NCBI GenBank assembly: GCA_020184695.1
Contig: JAANOX010000225.1
Span: forward strand, 1-64,000
Source: Histomonas meleagridis 2922-C6/04-290x
Lineage: Eukaryota > Protista > Parabasalia
Reading direction: 5' to 3'
Length of the DNA stretch: 64,000 nucleotides
Shown in pieces: positions 42,362 to 53,501 of this stretch. Within the stretch, counting starts at the first letter, position 1, and every line of letters begins with the position of its first letter. A program made the position numbers and the translations under genes. The notes beneath the pieces are model-generated. The model was given only the letters and a program-made list of their open reading frames with translations. It did no database searches and had not been told where the DNA came from.

Positions 42362-44809
42362 CTAACACCCAATTTCTAAGTCAATTAAAAACTTTGAGTA
42401 TTGTGACATTGGAAAATCACGAGTTATTCTCATTGCATAAAGCATTATTTCACTATCATTTGACAATAACTGTGTCACTTTATCTTCATCCTTTATTGCC
42501 AAGAAGCAAGCAAGTGCCCATTGTTTGATTCCTACAATCAAAAACGATCTTCCCAAAAGTGACATCGTATTAACTTTTTCAATATTCCAAACGACCATTT
42601 CGGATTCAATCATTTCCAAGCAAACCGAAATACCACTTTTTGAGAGGAACTGAAATGATGTTTGCAACGCGTCGCACAAGTTAAAATCAGCGAACTTACA
42701 AAACAGATAAGCTCTAATAATTTTATATGATTCAATACACTTCGTACAAATGAATTTCTTGAATCTTTCTTCTTTAGCCTTGAGATAACTTTTGAATTTT
42801 TCGATCAACTCCAAAAAGTTTGATGCTTCGACATTTAATAAAATTCTCGATTGAACACTTGGCTTAATCTTATCGAAAAATGGAACGAAGTCGAAATTCG
42901 AAAGGTTTACTATTTGTTCCTCATTTAACAGGTTAATAAAATCGGGAATTATACTTTGATCGATTTGTTGTAATGCGAAAATGAAATTTTGGAATTTGTT
43001 TTCGTTTTTAATTTTCAACATAAAATCGGAAAACAAATCGACGAAATTTTGGTCATTATGAATATTTTCCAAATAATTAACATATGACTCTTCCGCCTCA
43101 TTAATTTCTAATGGTTTTATCTCAACTTTACCAATGTTAAAAACGTTTGGATTTAAATGATTTGGAATCCGAATTAAATATGTTTCATATGACCATAACG
43201 AATAACATTTTCCGACATTTATAACTTCGTTTTGATCTAATGAATATGATTCGATAGAACAATCTTTATTATAACTTAATAATGATAAAGGCGAGTTATT
43301 CACCCAAAGTTTTTTACAGTTATTAAAAATAATTTTTGGATTTGTTTTATCATAAATTACCACATTTCGATTTGGTAAATATAAATAAATTACATCATTT
43401 GAAAGTATAAATGCTTTTAATATCGAATATTTTAATGCAATATTAGAGATCTCAACTTTAAAATCACCGATTTTTATAATATTTTTACTTTTATTTTTAT
43501 CGGTTATATCAAAATCAAAAATTTCGATTTTATTATTATTATTTAAAATTAATTTTGTCTCATTACAATGCATAAATATCGGGTTAATATCAAGTTTATA
43601 CTCGCCTAAACTTTCTAACTCATAAGAAAATAATCTCAAAACATTTTTCTCAGATATTATCGCTATGATGTCACTTATACATATAATAAAATCAACAGTA
43701 ATAAACTCATTATAAAAAAGTGATTGTTTTGTAACAATTGAAATTCCTTTTTTCCCAACAATACAAATTTCATCATGTGAACCAACTAAAATGTTTTTAA
43801 TTGGAAAGATTTCATCTGGAATTTGTTTAACTCCGAAATGATTTTCATATTGCGGAATTTCGCATATCATTTTTTGATTTATAATGTTATATACAAATGA
43901 TGAACTATATATAAATGGCGGAATAAGTTTAACAAAATTAATATATTTAACGGATTTGGAAGAATTAAGAAATATAAAACGTTTCGTTATTTCATTATAG
44001 ACAAATGAAATTATTTCTTTTGCAGTTTCATATTTAAAATCGTATTTTTGATGTAAAAAATATGAATAATAAAATATTTGTCCATCTTGATCAATGGAAA
44101 TGATGGAATTACCATACTCACCATATGAAATAGCAGTGGTGTTGGGTAAACTCATGATTTTTCTTAAATTTTTGGATTTTGGATTATATGTTATTATATC
44201 ACCATTGAATGTAGAAAGTAAAAAATGGTCTTCATACACATTGGTAAGTGCAACATTTTCAAGTTTAAGCGTTTCGTGCGTTTGTATTCGAGAATTTTTG
44301 ATTTCAATAATATGAGGAACACCATCTTGTAAAAATAGAATATGATTATTTTTATCTGCTACTGCATTTTTGGTAAATTGAGATTTGCAGTTTATTTGAG
44401 TAGAAGAAACTTGTTTGAATTCTGAATTAAAAAGTGTGATTTTTGGTCCAATTGAACAAATTGCTATAAATTCACCGAAAGAAAAAACATCTGTTATCAG
44501 TGTCTTAAGAGATGTAATTTTTGGTTCACCAATAAAAGAATTTAAAAATTGAATTCTAAAAACATTACCTGTAACTGTTCCAAAATATATATGATCTCCA
44601 TGCCAATGAATCCAATGATTTTGTCCATATGAATTTATGCTATCTTGATCTCTTTGGAATTTATCTAAAAAAGAAAATTGTGAATCAAATGCATTATAAA
44701 CAAAAACAGTATCTGTTGTAATACCTGCTAAATATTCTTGTGTTGGACTTAAAATGATTTTAAAAGGCTTATCTTCAATATATGAATCATGAACAAGAAA
44801 AGGAAACAT
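42362..44809 (-). CDS. Beta-propeller + helical protein, RIC1-like
   Basis: The N-terminal R...SINSYGQNHWIHW...FGTVTGNVF resembles RIC1. The middle is beta-rich and the C-terminus helical. Confidence 0.5.
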   Translation of the reverse strand: MFPFLVHDSYIEDKPFKIILSPTQEYLAGITTDTVFVYNAFDSQFSFLDKFQRDQDSINSYGQNHWIHWHGDHIYFGTVTGNVFRIQFLNSFIGEPKITSLKTLITDVFSFGEFIAICSIGPKITLFNSEFKQVSSTQINCKSQFTKNAVADKNNHILFLQDGVPHIIEIKNSRIQTHETLKLENVALTNVYEDHFLLSTFNGDIITYNPKSKNLRKIMSLPNTTAISYGEYGNSIISIDQDGQIFYYSYFLHQKYDFKYETAKEIISFVYNEITKRFIFLNSSKSVKYINFVKLIPPFIYSSSFVYNIINQKMICEIPQYENHFGVKQIPDEIFPIKNILVGSHDEICIVGKKGISIVTKQSLFYNEFITVDFIICISDIIAIISEKNVLRLFSYELESLGEYKLDINPIFMHCNETKLILNNNNKIEIFDFDITDKNKSKNIIKIGDFKVEISNIALKYSILKAFILSNDVIYLYLPNRNVVIYDKTNPKIIFNNCKKLWVNNSPLSLLSYNKDCSIESYSLDQNEVINVGKCYSLWSYETYLIRIPNHLNPNVFNIGKVEIKPLEINEAEESYVNYLENIHNDQNFVDLFSDFMLKIKNENKFQNFIFALQQIDQSIIPDFINLLNEEQIVNLSNFDFVPFFDKIKPSVQSRILLNVEASNFLELIEKFKSYLKAKEERFKKFICTKCIESYKIIRAYLFCKFADFNLCDALQTSFQFLSKSGISVCLEMIESEMVVWNIEKVNTMSLLGRSFLIVGIKQWALACFLAIKDEDKVTQLLSNDSEIMLYAMRITRDFPMSQYSKFLIDLEIGC

Positions 44810-44898
44810 GTTTCTTCTTCTCCAAAAATGACGTTTTAATCCATAAAAAATTGTATGGAATTGTCCAAAAATGAGACGTTAGAAACCTAACGTGTAAA

Positions 44899-46131
44899 AT
44901 GGAAACAACACAAAAACAAGAGGAAAATGGACTACCAAAATCATTTTCATCATATCCACCAATTGCAAATCCTTCAATTCCACGATTAATAGATTTGTCA
45001 CTCAAAACAATTATAGAAAATTTTGATAAATGTTCAGAACTCCATCTTATCCCAAAAAAATATCAAGCAAGAGTTCTCCGTGAAATAAGCACCAACCTTC
45101 CACTCAACACATCTGTCATGACAATACCAGATGGAATTTATTGGAAACGACTTACACAAGAAAAATTCCCACATATTCCAATTGATCCTGCTCGTAAAAA
45201 ATGGAAGCGTTTTTATTTAGAAAATTATGCCAAGCTTAAACTTGAAAGTGCAACTGATAAAAATATTGATTCAATTTTTAACGAACTTAAAGTAATTAGT
45301 CCATATATACGTTCACTTCGTCTTGAGCGTTCTCCGTGTAAAGTTAGTATTTTTAAACTTTTCAATGTTTTTCGAGGTCTTAAATCTCTTAAGCTTACAT
45401 ATGGTGAACCACGTCGAAACTTTGCTCAATATGAAGAATTTGATCAATTTGATGTGAAAGCAGAACATAGTACAACACTTCAAGATTGTCAAATCTTATG
45501 TACAGATTTCCAGTCACTTGGCGATATTTGCACGTTAGAACGACTTGACATGTCTGACAATTCATTAAATGATCAATCGATACTTCGTATCGCAAAAGGA
45601 CTTTATAATAATATCAATACTCTTACAACATTAATCTTCTCACATAATGAAATCGGTGATAAAGGAGCACATGCAATAGCATCTGTAATGTTAACATCGC
45701 CAATTTATAAATTTAATTTATCGGATAATTTAATAACTCCAAAAGGAATCGAAAAAATTTGTGATTGTGCAAAACGTTGTACCACGCTTCAGAAACTTAA
45801 CTTGAGTTCAAACCAAATCGGTGATATGGGCATTGGCTTTATATCCGATTTAATTGAGAATACTTCAAGTATCGCGAAAATTGATATTTCGGGAAATCGA
45901 ATTTCGAATTTTGAATCGTTTACAAACGCTTTGAATAAAAATAAATCATTGAAAGTTGTTATCATTGCTGCAAACCCAATAAATGATAATGACTATGATA
46001 AAATTAAAGAAATAGCCGAGCAAAGTCAAACATTAGAAAGATTGGATATGAGGAGATACGAATTACCGAAGGAAAGCTTCGAAATAAAAACTTCTGAAAC
46101 ATCAGAATCGCCATTGCTAAGGTTTAAGTAG
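44899..46131 (+). CDS. DRC5: Dynein regulatory complex subunit 5 (TCTE1)-like LRR protein
   Basis: IPRLIDLSLKTIIENF...LPL....IPDGIYWKR...WKRFYLE is followed by RNI-type LRRs. Confidence 0.78.
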   Translation: METTQKQEENGLPKSFSSYPPIANPSIPRLIDLSLKTIIENFDKCSELHLIPKKYQARVLREISTNLPLNTSVMTIPDGIYWKRLTQEKFPHIPIDPARKKWKRFYLENYAKLKLESATDKNIDSIFNELKVISPYIRSLRLERSPCKVSIFKLFNVFRGLKSLKLTYGEPRRNFAQYEEFDQFDVKAEHSTTLQDCQILCTDFQSLGDICTLERLDMSDNSLNDQSILRIAKGLYNNINTLTTLIFSHNEIGDKGAHAIASVMLTSPIYKFNLSDNLITPKGIEKICDCAKRCTTLQKLNLSSNQIGDMGIGFISDLIENTSSIAKIDISGNRISNFESFTNALNKNKSLKVVIIAANPINDNDYDKIKEIAEQSQTLERLDMRRYELPKESFEIKTSETSESPLLRFK

Positions 46132-46476
46132 TTCTGTTAGTATGTAAAAATATATGTTTTTAAGACACAAGTAAAAAAACATCGAAAAATATTATTTTAT
46201 TATTTTACTTTTTCTTTATATTTTAATTTAAAAAATTATAATATGCATAATCAGAAAACTTTTTAATATTGTTGAATTAAGAAATTTATTACTTCTTTTT
46301 AATACATAATTACGTTATTTTGGAAATGTATCACTAATTTTGATAAAATTTAAGTTTTCATTTTAATAATATTGAACTAAATTAAATATTAATGGAAAAT
46401 TCAAAAATCAAACATTAAATATCATTTAATTTTTTAGAAATAACAAAAACACATACATACAAATACTTTTACCATT

Positions 46477-48198
46477 TCATTGCGGAGCCTCAAAAGTTGG
46501 TTCCGGGCTATATGTAGGGAATTCTACGAAACAAGGCGAGAATGTACTTGTGCACACGATACCGAAACCATTTTCATTTTCACATTGTCTCATTGTAGTT
46601 ATCATGAAAGAGTCACTAATTTCGTCGGGGAATATTGGAATTGCGTTTGCGTCAGCGAATTCGTATAATTGTCTCACGACCATAGTGAGCAACAAATCGA
46701 TGTTTTGAAGTTGTGAGTTTTCATGGAACAACGATTTAATTTCTTGTTTATTTTTTAATCTTTTCACAACTTCGATGAGTTTCATGCCGAGTTCAGAAGT
46801 TTGTTCTTCATTTAATATTAAGTTTTCTTGGATAATGTTTATGTTTAATGGGTTATCATTAGTGTTTTCACATTCGTATGAAATCATTCGTGAAATTTCA
46901 CTAAGATATATTATGGAATAAATATGTTTTTCATCTACAACATATATACATTGTTGTGTTTCAACATTAATTAAATCCGAAAGAATTTTTAATGATTTTA
47001 TTATTTGATTTCTTTGTTCCTCTTCAAAATATAGAGATGCAAAATAATGGACAAATGAAAATGATATTAGTGATATTTCACGTGTATTAAAATTAATGTT
47101 TCGTGTGCCTGGAAGTTGATAATGAAATCCAATGTTCTCATGACGAATTAATCTTCGTAATGAAAATCGATATTCTGGATTAGTTGGTGATAATTTGGAC
47201 ATTTGATATGTTAAAATTTCAGAATATAACTTTTGCGTTTCTTCATATTTTTGTCCAAGACTTGAAATAAAAATGGGTATATAATCTGTCACTTTTGTAT
47301 CGATGCGAAAAGTGCCAATGAGAGAATTAAACGAAAGTTCATCATCAACTGGAATCTCACCAACAGCAAGCTTATGAATCATACGTCGAAGGCCATGCAT
47401 CTTGGTTTCAAGTATTTCTCTTGTTACAGCTTTGTAATTTGTAAATACGTTTGCATTAGACTCGCTTTGAAAAAATTGCTGATAAACAGAAGAGGTGTCA
47501 TCACTATGTATAAACTCAGGGCATAGGATAAGTTCATGTGGAAATCGAGAAGGATGTAAATCGCTGAAATTTTCTATTTCCCCAATTTGTTGAATAATTT
47601 CTGGTTTACAAAATGGAGCTAACCACTCTTTGGCAATGTCATATGTAATAAGTCCAGATGCAAGACATGTTAAACATTTTGAAACTGTTTTGGATATTTG
47701 CGATGAAGTTATTGAGCTTGTAATGTCAAGTATAATAGAAATAGCTTTGTCTTCATTCGGGTTAATTGGAGTTTCTTTCTTTTGAGAATAAAAAGAACTA
47801 CAATTTATTGATGATAAAAATGCTGGTAATAATTGAATTAAATCTGAACGTGTATCATTGTTTGTAAATTCTAAAATTAGCTTAATGAAATTTTCATTTG
47901 ATATTTTCTTGGTTATATAAAGTGAAAGATAACGCAAAAATAATACAAATTGATTAACACTTAAAATTGATTTTGCATGTTTAATATAATTGTTAAAGAT
48001 GAGCCTAAAATCTGGTTTTTCAAACATGTGTCGGGGATACATCTGTGTGAAATTAGAAGAAATAATTAAACATTCTTGAGTAGACATTACTGATGGTTCT
48101 CCATCAAGAACACAACATAAAAAACTTGATAAATCGAAATGATTTTTAACGTTGGATTTAATTTGGTTAACAGCATAAAAGTAGTTGTGGGATTTCAT
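46477..48198 (-). CDS. Hypothetical protein, 573 aa
   Basis: Long ORF with no recognised motif. Confidence 0.7.
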   Translation of the reverse strand: MKSHNYFYAVNQIKSNVKNHFDLSSFLCCVLDGEPSVMSTQECLIISSNFTQMYPRHMFEKPDFRLIFNNYIKHAKSILSVNQFVLFLRYLSLYITKKISNENFIKLILEFTNNDTRSDLIQLLPAFLSSINCSSFYSQKKETPINPNEDKAISIILDITSSITSSQISKTVSKCLTCLASGLITYDIAKEWLAPFCKPEIIQQIGEIENFSDLHPSRFPHELILCPEFIHSDDTSSVYQQFFQSESNANVFTNYKAVTREILETKMHGLRRMIHKLAVGEIPVDDELSFNSLIGTFRIDTKVTDYIPIFISSLGQKYEETQKLYSEILTYQMSKLSPTNPEYRFSLRRLIRHENIGFHYQLPGTRNINFNTREISLISFSFVHYFASLYFEEEQRNQIIKSLKILSDLINVETQQCIYVVDEKHIYSIIYLSEISRMISYECENTNDNPLNINIIQENLILNEEQTSELGMKLIEVVKRLKNKQEIKSLFHENSQLQNIDLLLTMVVRQLYEFADANAIPIFPDEISDSFMITTMRQCENENGFGIVCTSTFSPCFVEFPTYSPEPTFEAPQ

Positions 48199-48381
48199 GA
48201 TATAAAAAAGTGATCAGAGATGGAAATAAATTGGTGAACGTTTAGATTTTTTACAAGGTGCATGAAATCATTCAAATCTAATGAAAAAGCAATAGAGTAT
48301 AGAAATTTATGACCAACCATCAAACGTAAACGATTCAAAAAGTTTCTTGTTTTCATCAACCTGCAAACAAGTCATTATTAT

Positions 48382-48673
48382 CTACTTGTGACACTAGAAA
48401 AAATAGTATCAAATTTAAACCCAGAAAACATTAAATTTTCGGTTGAACAAACGATAAAAATGTTCAATGAAAATAATTAATATTTTTTCAATTCAACAAC
48501 ATTGTTTTTAAAATTTATTTTGAATATTTAATAAAATTTCATAATAACATTTGGAAATTATTCAAATTATTTCACACATCACTTACAATAGCAATTAAAT
48601 AAGAAATACAGAAATTGCTAAATTACTTATTCAAATTGATGAAACAAATGTTAATATAAAACTTTTTTATTAA
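48382..48673 (+). pseudogene. Deleted and decayed DUF3447-ankyrin paralog with a module array
   Basis: LLVTLEKIVSNLNPENIKFSVEQTIKMF matches the family N-terminus. It is followed by blocks FKIY, FNKIS (15 nt), FGNY, then FHTSLTIA and a frameshifted ankyrin tail. Confidence 0.7.
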
Positions 48674-49547
48674 ATGATCACATATCTATTTAAATAATTT
48701 ACAAGTATCCCCGAAGTGCAATAGTACTTGAATTAATCTTCAAATATTTCCAAAATGATCCAAAATAATAATATAATAATAAATAATTTTTAAATGAAAC
48801 ATATTTCAAGACTGTTTTTTGAAGATTATTTGCAAATCAAATTTATATTGATATTCAGACAATAAAAATGAACAATTTGCTAAAATACATTCAAAATACA
48901 TTAAAAACATTTAAAGTCAATGTATCGTTTGTCCCAAGATATTTCAAGAATATGTATATCATCAGAAACTATTCTATTGAATATAAATTATTAAACAGGT
49001 TAAATAAGTACATCATAAAGGCACAACAAAAACTATCACATTACCAATTTTTTCATTAAATTCATAAATTCAAAAAAATCGAGATTTCATATAATTGTTT
49101 GAAATAAATAACAAATCACGATTCTATGATAAAATTTCGATATTTTCATTTTTCAACAAACCATGAATCATTTAATTTGGCTTTGTACATATTACAACGA
49201 CAAAAAACAAATAAACAACGTATCTTTTTGAAAGAAGGGTAAAATTTTGATAATATTTACCATCATTCAAATTCGCTCCTATCGTCATTTTTCGTCGCTG
49301 CTATCGTTCGATATAAACCATTCAAAAATCGATTTTCGTCACTTTTTAAAATGAAAAAATAAATTTATTTCGTGCTAATCATAATATAATTCTTAGATTT
49401 ATATTGATCATAGATGCAACTATGTATGTATATTATATATTCATGATATCAAGATCGAAGAATGATCGCTATATACGAATTGAAGAAATCGAAAGTCAAT
49501 TTAATTTGAATACGTTTATTTTGTAAAATATGGAAAAACATTTTTGA

Positions 49548-50217
49548 ATGGAAGAAGGCAAACAGAACATTTCAATTGTTGGGAGTTTCTGTTCTGGGAA
49601 ATCAACCATTATTGTAAGATGTGCGTCATATTTTGGGGATACTCTTTCTGACCCTGATCAATCCATTGAGTATCACACTTCTACAATATATTATACTATA
49701 AATACAACTGTTAAAGGAAAGCCTTTCCAAGTAAATATGAATGAAGTTTCAGGGAACCTTGCATATGAGTATACTGGACTTCGTTCGTTCACATATCGAA
49801 ACTCATCAGTTTACATAATTTGTTTTTCTTTAATTTCACCAGCTTCATTTGAAAAAGCACACAAAAAATGGTTTAAGGATATTCAGGAACATGGCCCAAA
49901 ACACCCTATAATTTTAATTGGAACCCGAAAAGATATCCGCGGATGAACTTCTAAGATCACCAGAAAAAGTACAATCAGTAGTGGATAAAATTGAAGATTA
50001 TCCTATGTTTTATCCAGAAAAAAATCCAACACCAATTCTTCCATCACAAGGTGAAGAACTAAAACATGTAATTGGAGCGCGATATTATTTTGAGAGTTCC
50101 AAATTTGATCAGCCCTGTAAATTCAAGGAAATTTTTGATGCAATATATGAGTGTTTTGAGGGTAAACAGAAAATTCCAAAAAATTCATCAAACCCAAACA
50201 AATGCGAAATAATGTGA
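49548..50217 (+). pseudogene. Divergent Rho/Rac-family GTPase split by a +1 frameshift at 49941
   Basis: GSFCSGKS, RSFTYRNSSVYIICFSL and PIILIGTRKDIR are in frame 1. The rest, ending in the CaaX motif CEIM*, is in the +1 frame. Confidence 0.75.
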
Positions 50218-50668
50218 TCACTTTTGTTTTGAATTATTTAGTAAACAAAAAGAGAAAATATTAAATTTTTGCTAATGTTTAAGTTAAGTAATTTAACACA
50301 TATTTATTCATTTTATGTTTGAAACATTTTATAAATAAGTTATAAATAAATTTTAAAAACAATTGTCTCTATTTTTTGGAATTTGGATAATCAATTTGAA
50401 TTAAAAATAAAAAAAAAATGTTTTGATTTAGTAAAATTGTTGGAATCAAAATAATTATATCTGAATTTTCCAAGCAATTTTACAATTAGAGGGGTATTGT
50501 TTCAATAATTTTCTTTATTGAATATATATTCTTGAAGAGTATTATTTTAATCATTTGGAAAATTTCTTTGAAAAGATTTGATACATTGAATGTTACACTA
50601 AATTTATAATTATACCCGCAGATATCCGAAAAATATATGTTAACCCATTTTAAATAATATTTTTATTA

Positions 50669-51660
50669 TTAGTATATATCCTCATTTTCAGGATAAAAAT
50701 ATGAATAAAGGCCTTTAAGTACATTTAAAGTACCAAATGTTTCATTAATATACGAAGAATTTGTAAAGATTGTTGTGCCGATATCCAATAATGCATTTCT
50801 TCCAACCTTTGGTTCAATATTTCCAAAACAATAAATACACTTCAGTGAAGAACATTGATAAAAAGCATAATCATATATGAATAGATTTGATCTCCCAATG
50901 CAGAGTGTTTTTAAATTATTACACCCTTGAAAAGCATACATAGAGATTTTATTTACAGAATTTGGAATTAATATTTCTAACAAATTAATACACCTTTTAA
51001 AAGAATAATAATCTATAATAATTAGCTTTTGATTCATTTGAATATTTTTAATGAAGCAACAGTCAAGAAATGAACTTAAAAATGTAAGTTTAATGTTTTC
51101 CGGGAAAGTATAATTTTCTATTAATTTTCCTTCAGGAATACTAACAATTTTTGTAATTTTTTTATTATCAAGAATTCCATCATTTTCATAATTTGAAAAA
51201 AATTGATTAGACTTACTTACATTAATACAAATACTCCATCATCAATCAACGATACTGGATCACGTATGGTAAATACTTTCAAGTATGAACAGTTTTTAAA
51301 TGCACCCATAAAAATTTCTTTAATTGAACGAGGAATTTCGATTTTTGTTAGATGTGTACAATCTGCAAATATATTCGCTTGTATTTTATCCAGACCATCA
51401 CTTAGTGTAACTGATATTAAGAAGGAACATCCCATAAAAGATCCCATATTCAATATATTTATTGAATTTGGTCATGAAATTTTAGTAAGAGATATACAAG
51501 CTTGGAATGCAAAGTCACCAATTTTCTTTAGTCCTATATTTAATTTAATATTTGCTAATCTATAACAAGAACCAAATGCATGATCATCAATTACCTTTGT
51601 TGAATTAGAAAATGTAATATTTACCAATGAAACGCAAAGTTGAAAAGCCAAGCTGTACAA
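50669..51660 (-). pseudogene. BspA-like (TpLRR/LRR_5) surface-protein pseudogene
   Basis: Repeated AF..C..L..I.IP.S....I motifs, an in-frame TGA at 51472-51474 and further breaks. Confidence 0.8.
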
Positions 51661-51868
51661 AAAAGGAATGAAATTGTGAATTTTCTGAAAAGCTCTTTAT
51701 AATGAGAATGTAATCTAACCAAAATAAAATAAAAATAAATGTTTTATCATTGATGCGACGATTATTTTTGAAAATTATTATAAATTTAGATACTTTTTAT
51801 TATAAATTTATTCATTTGCCGATACATGTATCTGTTCAAATGTTAACAGTTTAAACCGATACAACTGG

Positions 51869-53320
51869 ATGGGGGATTATAAAAAAAATTCTCACCCAGA
51901 AAGGTGTAAAGAATATTTCAAACCATCTTTAAATCAAAACCCATCGAGCAAAAATTCTGAAAATTTTAATGCTCTTCATTTTACTGCTGAATTAAATTGT
52001 TTTAATGACACATTCTTATCAGGAAACATCCAATGGATCAGAAACGCAATCAAAACTCTTGTTAAATATTCACGCCAAGATGACATTCAAATTAAAATCG
52101 AAATATCTCAATCAAAAGCTTTTCAAACTCTTTCTCATTTACAGACAAACCAACTATCTCTTGGATATGTTAACATCCTTTTCAACATAACGCATAACTC
52201 ACCACATATTGTTTTTTTAATTTTTCAACAAAATTTTTTTGTACCATTTTATCAATCTCTTCTAATTGACGATGACCGAATATTTTCAATATCTCTCAAG
52301 GCGCTTAAAAACATTATCAAAACCTCTAATTTTTCTCGTATTGCACTTGTTGTTACTGGGTTATTTTCAATCATTAAAAAAATTCTTATGAAAAAGAATC
52401 GAAGCGTTCATAACATTCGTATGTTATCTCAAGTCACCGATCTTCTGATTAGTGGCATTATGAGCAACACATCTAATGCAACAGAATATGACGATGACAC
52501 TTCAATCATCAAAATGCTTAAGAACGATCAAATTGATCAGAAAACAGTATTTTCACTAGTTAACAAAAAGTGCACACTGAATGCCGATAGCGATTTATTT
52601 TATATTCTAATTTTTTATTCAAGTTACAATGATAGTGTTGTTAAAACCAATGGAATCAAATCATTGACAAGGTTATCAAATGATTTCCAAAACGCAGATC
52701 TTATATTCAATCGAACATTTTTATTTGAACAATGCAAAAACTTTTGCAGCAGAGGATCGCCCGAACTCCAATCAGCGACATTCCTTCTCCTTAGTAACAT
52801 TGTATTTATGCTTGGTAACATAGCGAATGTACGATTTGTTTCTTCAGGACTTTTGGAATTCATTGCCCCGTTTTGTCTAAGCGAAATTACATCTGTTTCA
52901 CTTGCAGCGATGAAATGTATCTCAAATTACATTCCTTTTAACATCGATAAAATATGGTACATATTCACTGATGAATTTGTTAAGTTGTTCTTCGTGAAAC
53001 TCGTGAATGGAACATACAGTGAACGAGAAGAGGCGTTGTGGATCATATTGAACATCTCCATCATTGAGCCTTCGTTTTTGTCCATCTTCGAAAATGAGAA
53101 CAATTTGGTGGCGATTTTGGACTTCTTGGAGATACAATCAGAGGAAACTGTGGTAATGACATTGGAGGCGCTGAGGAGAGCAGCGCTGAAGGAAACGAAA
53201 GTAAAAAATTTGCTGTTGCAGATCGGAGGAGAGAACATATTACATAACTTGGCGTTGAATCAAAGTAAAGGCGTGAGTGAAACTGCGCTCTTACTGTTAA
53301 ATGCGCTTTCTATTGAGTAA
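51869..53320 (+). CDS. ARM-repeat protein, importin-alpha-like
   Basis: ARM helices, and a C-terminal GTYSEREEALWIILN that resembles the importin-alpha KEA.WA..N repeat. Confidence 0.55.
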   Translation: MGDYKKNSHPERCKEYFKPSLNQNPSSKNSENFNALHFTAELNCFNDTFLSGNIQWIRNAIKTLVKYSRQDDIQIKIEISQSKAFQTLSHLQTNQLSLGYVNILFNITHNSPHIVFLIFQQNFFVPFYQSLLIDDDRIFSISLKALKNIIKTSNFSRIALVVTGLFSIIKKILMKKNRSVHNIRMLSQVTDLLISGIMSNTSNATEYDDDTSIIKMLKNDQIDQKTVFSLVNKKCTLNADSDLFYILIFYSSYNDSVVKTNGIKSLTRLSNDFQNADLIFNRTFLFEQCKNFCSRGSPELQSATFLLLSNIVFMLGNIANVRFVSSGLLEFIAPFCLSEITSVSLAAMKCISNYIPFNIDKIWYIFTDEFVKLFFVKLVNGTYSEREEALWIILNISIIEPSFLSIFENENNLVAILDFLEIQSEETVVMTLEALRRAALKETKVKNLLLQIGGENILHNLALNQSKGVSETALLLLNALSIE

Positions 53321-53501
53321 ATGTTTGTAATTTTTATGTGGAATTACTTCTTGAAGAATTAGTTGACAGCCGATAGAGAATTCAAAGCAGTAAACCGTAT
53401 AATTGTTCTGAAAATCAATTATCGTTAATAGAATTTTCTATCGTTTCATATATTTTAATATGGCAACAAACACATAAAAATAGTTATCAATAAAAGTTTG
53501 G

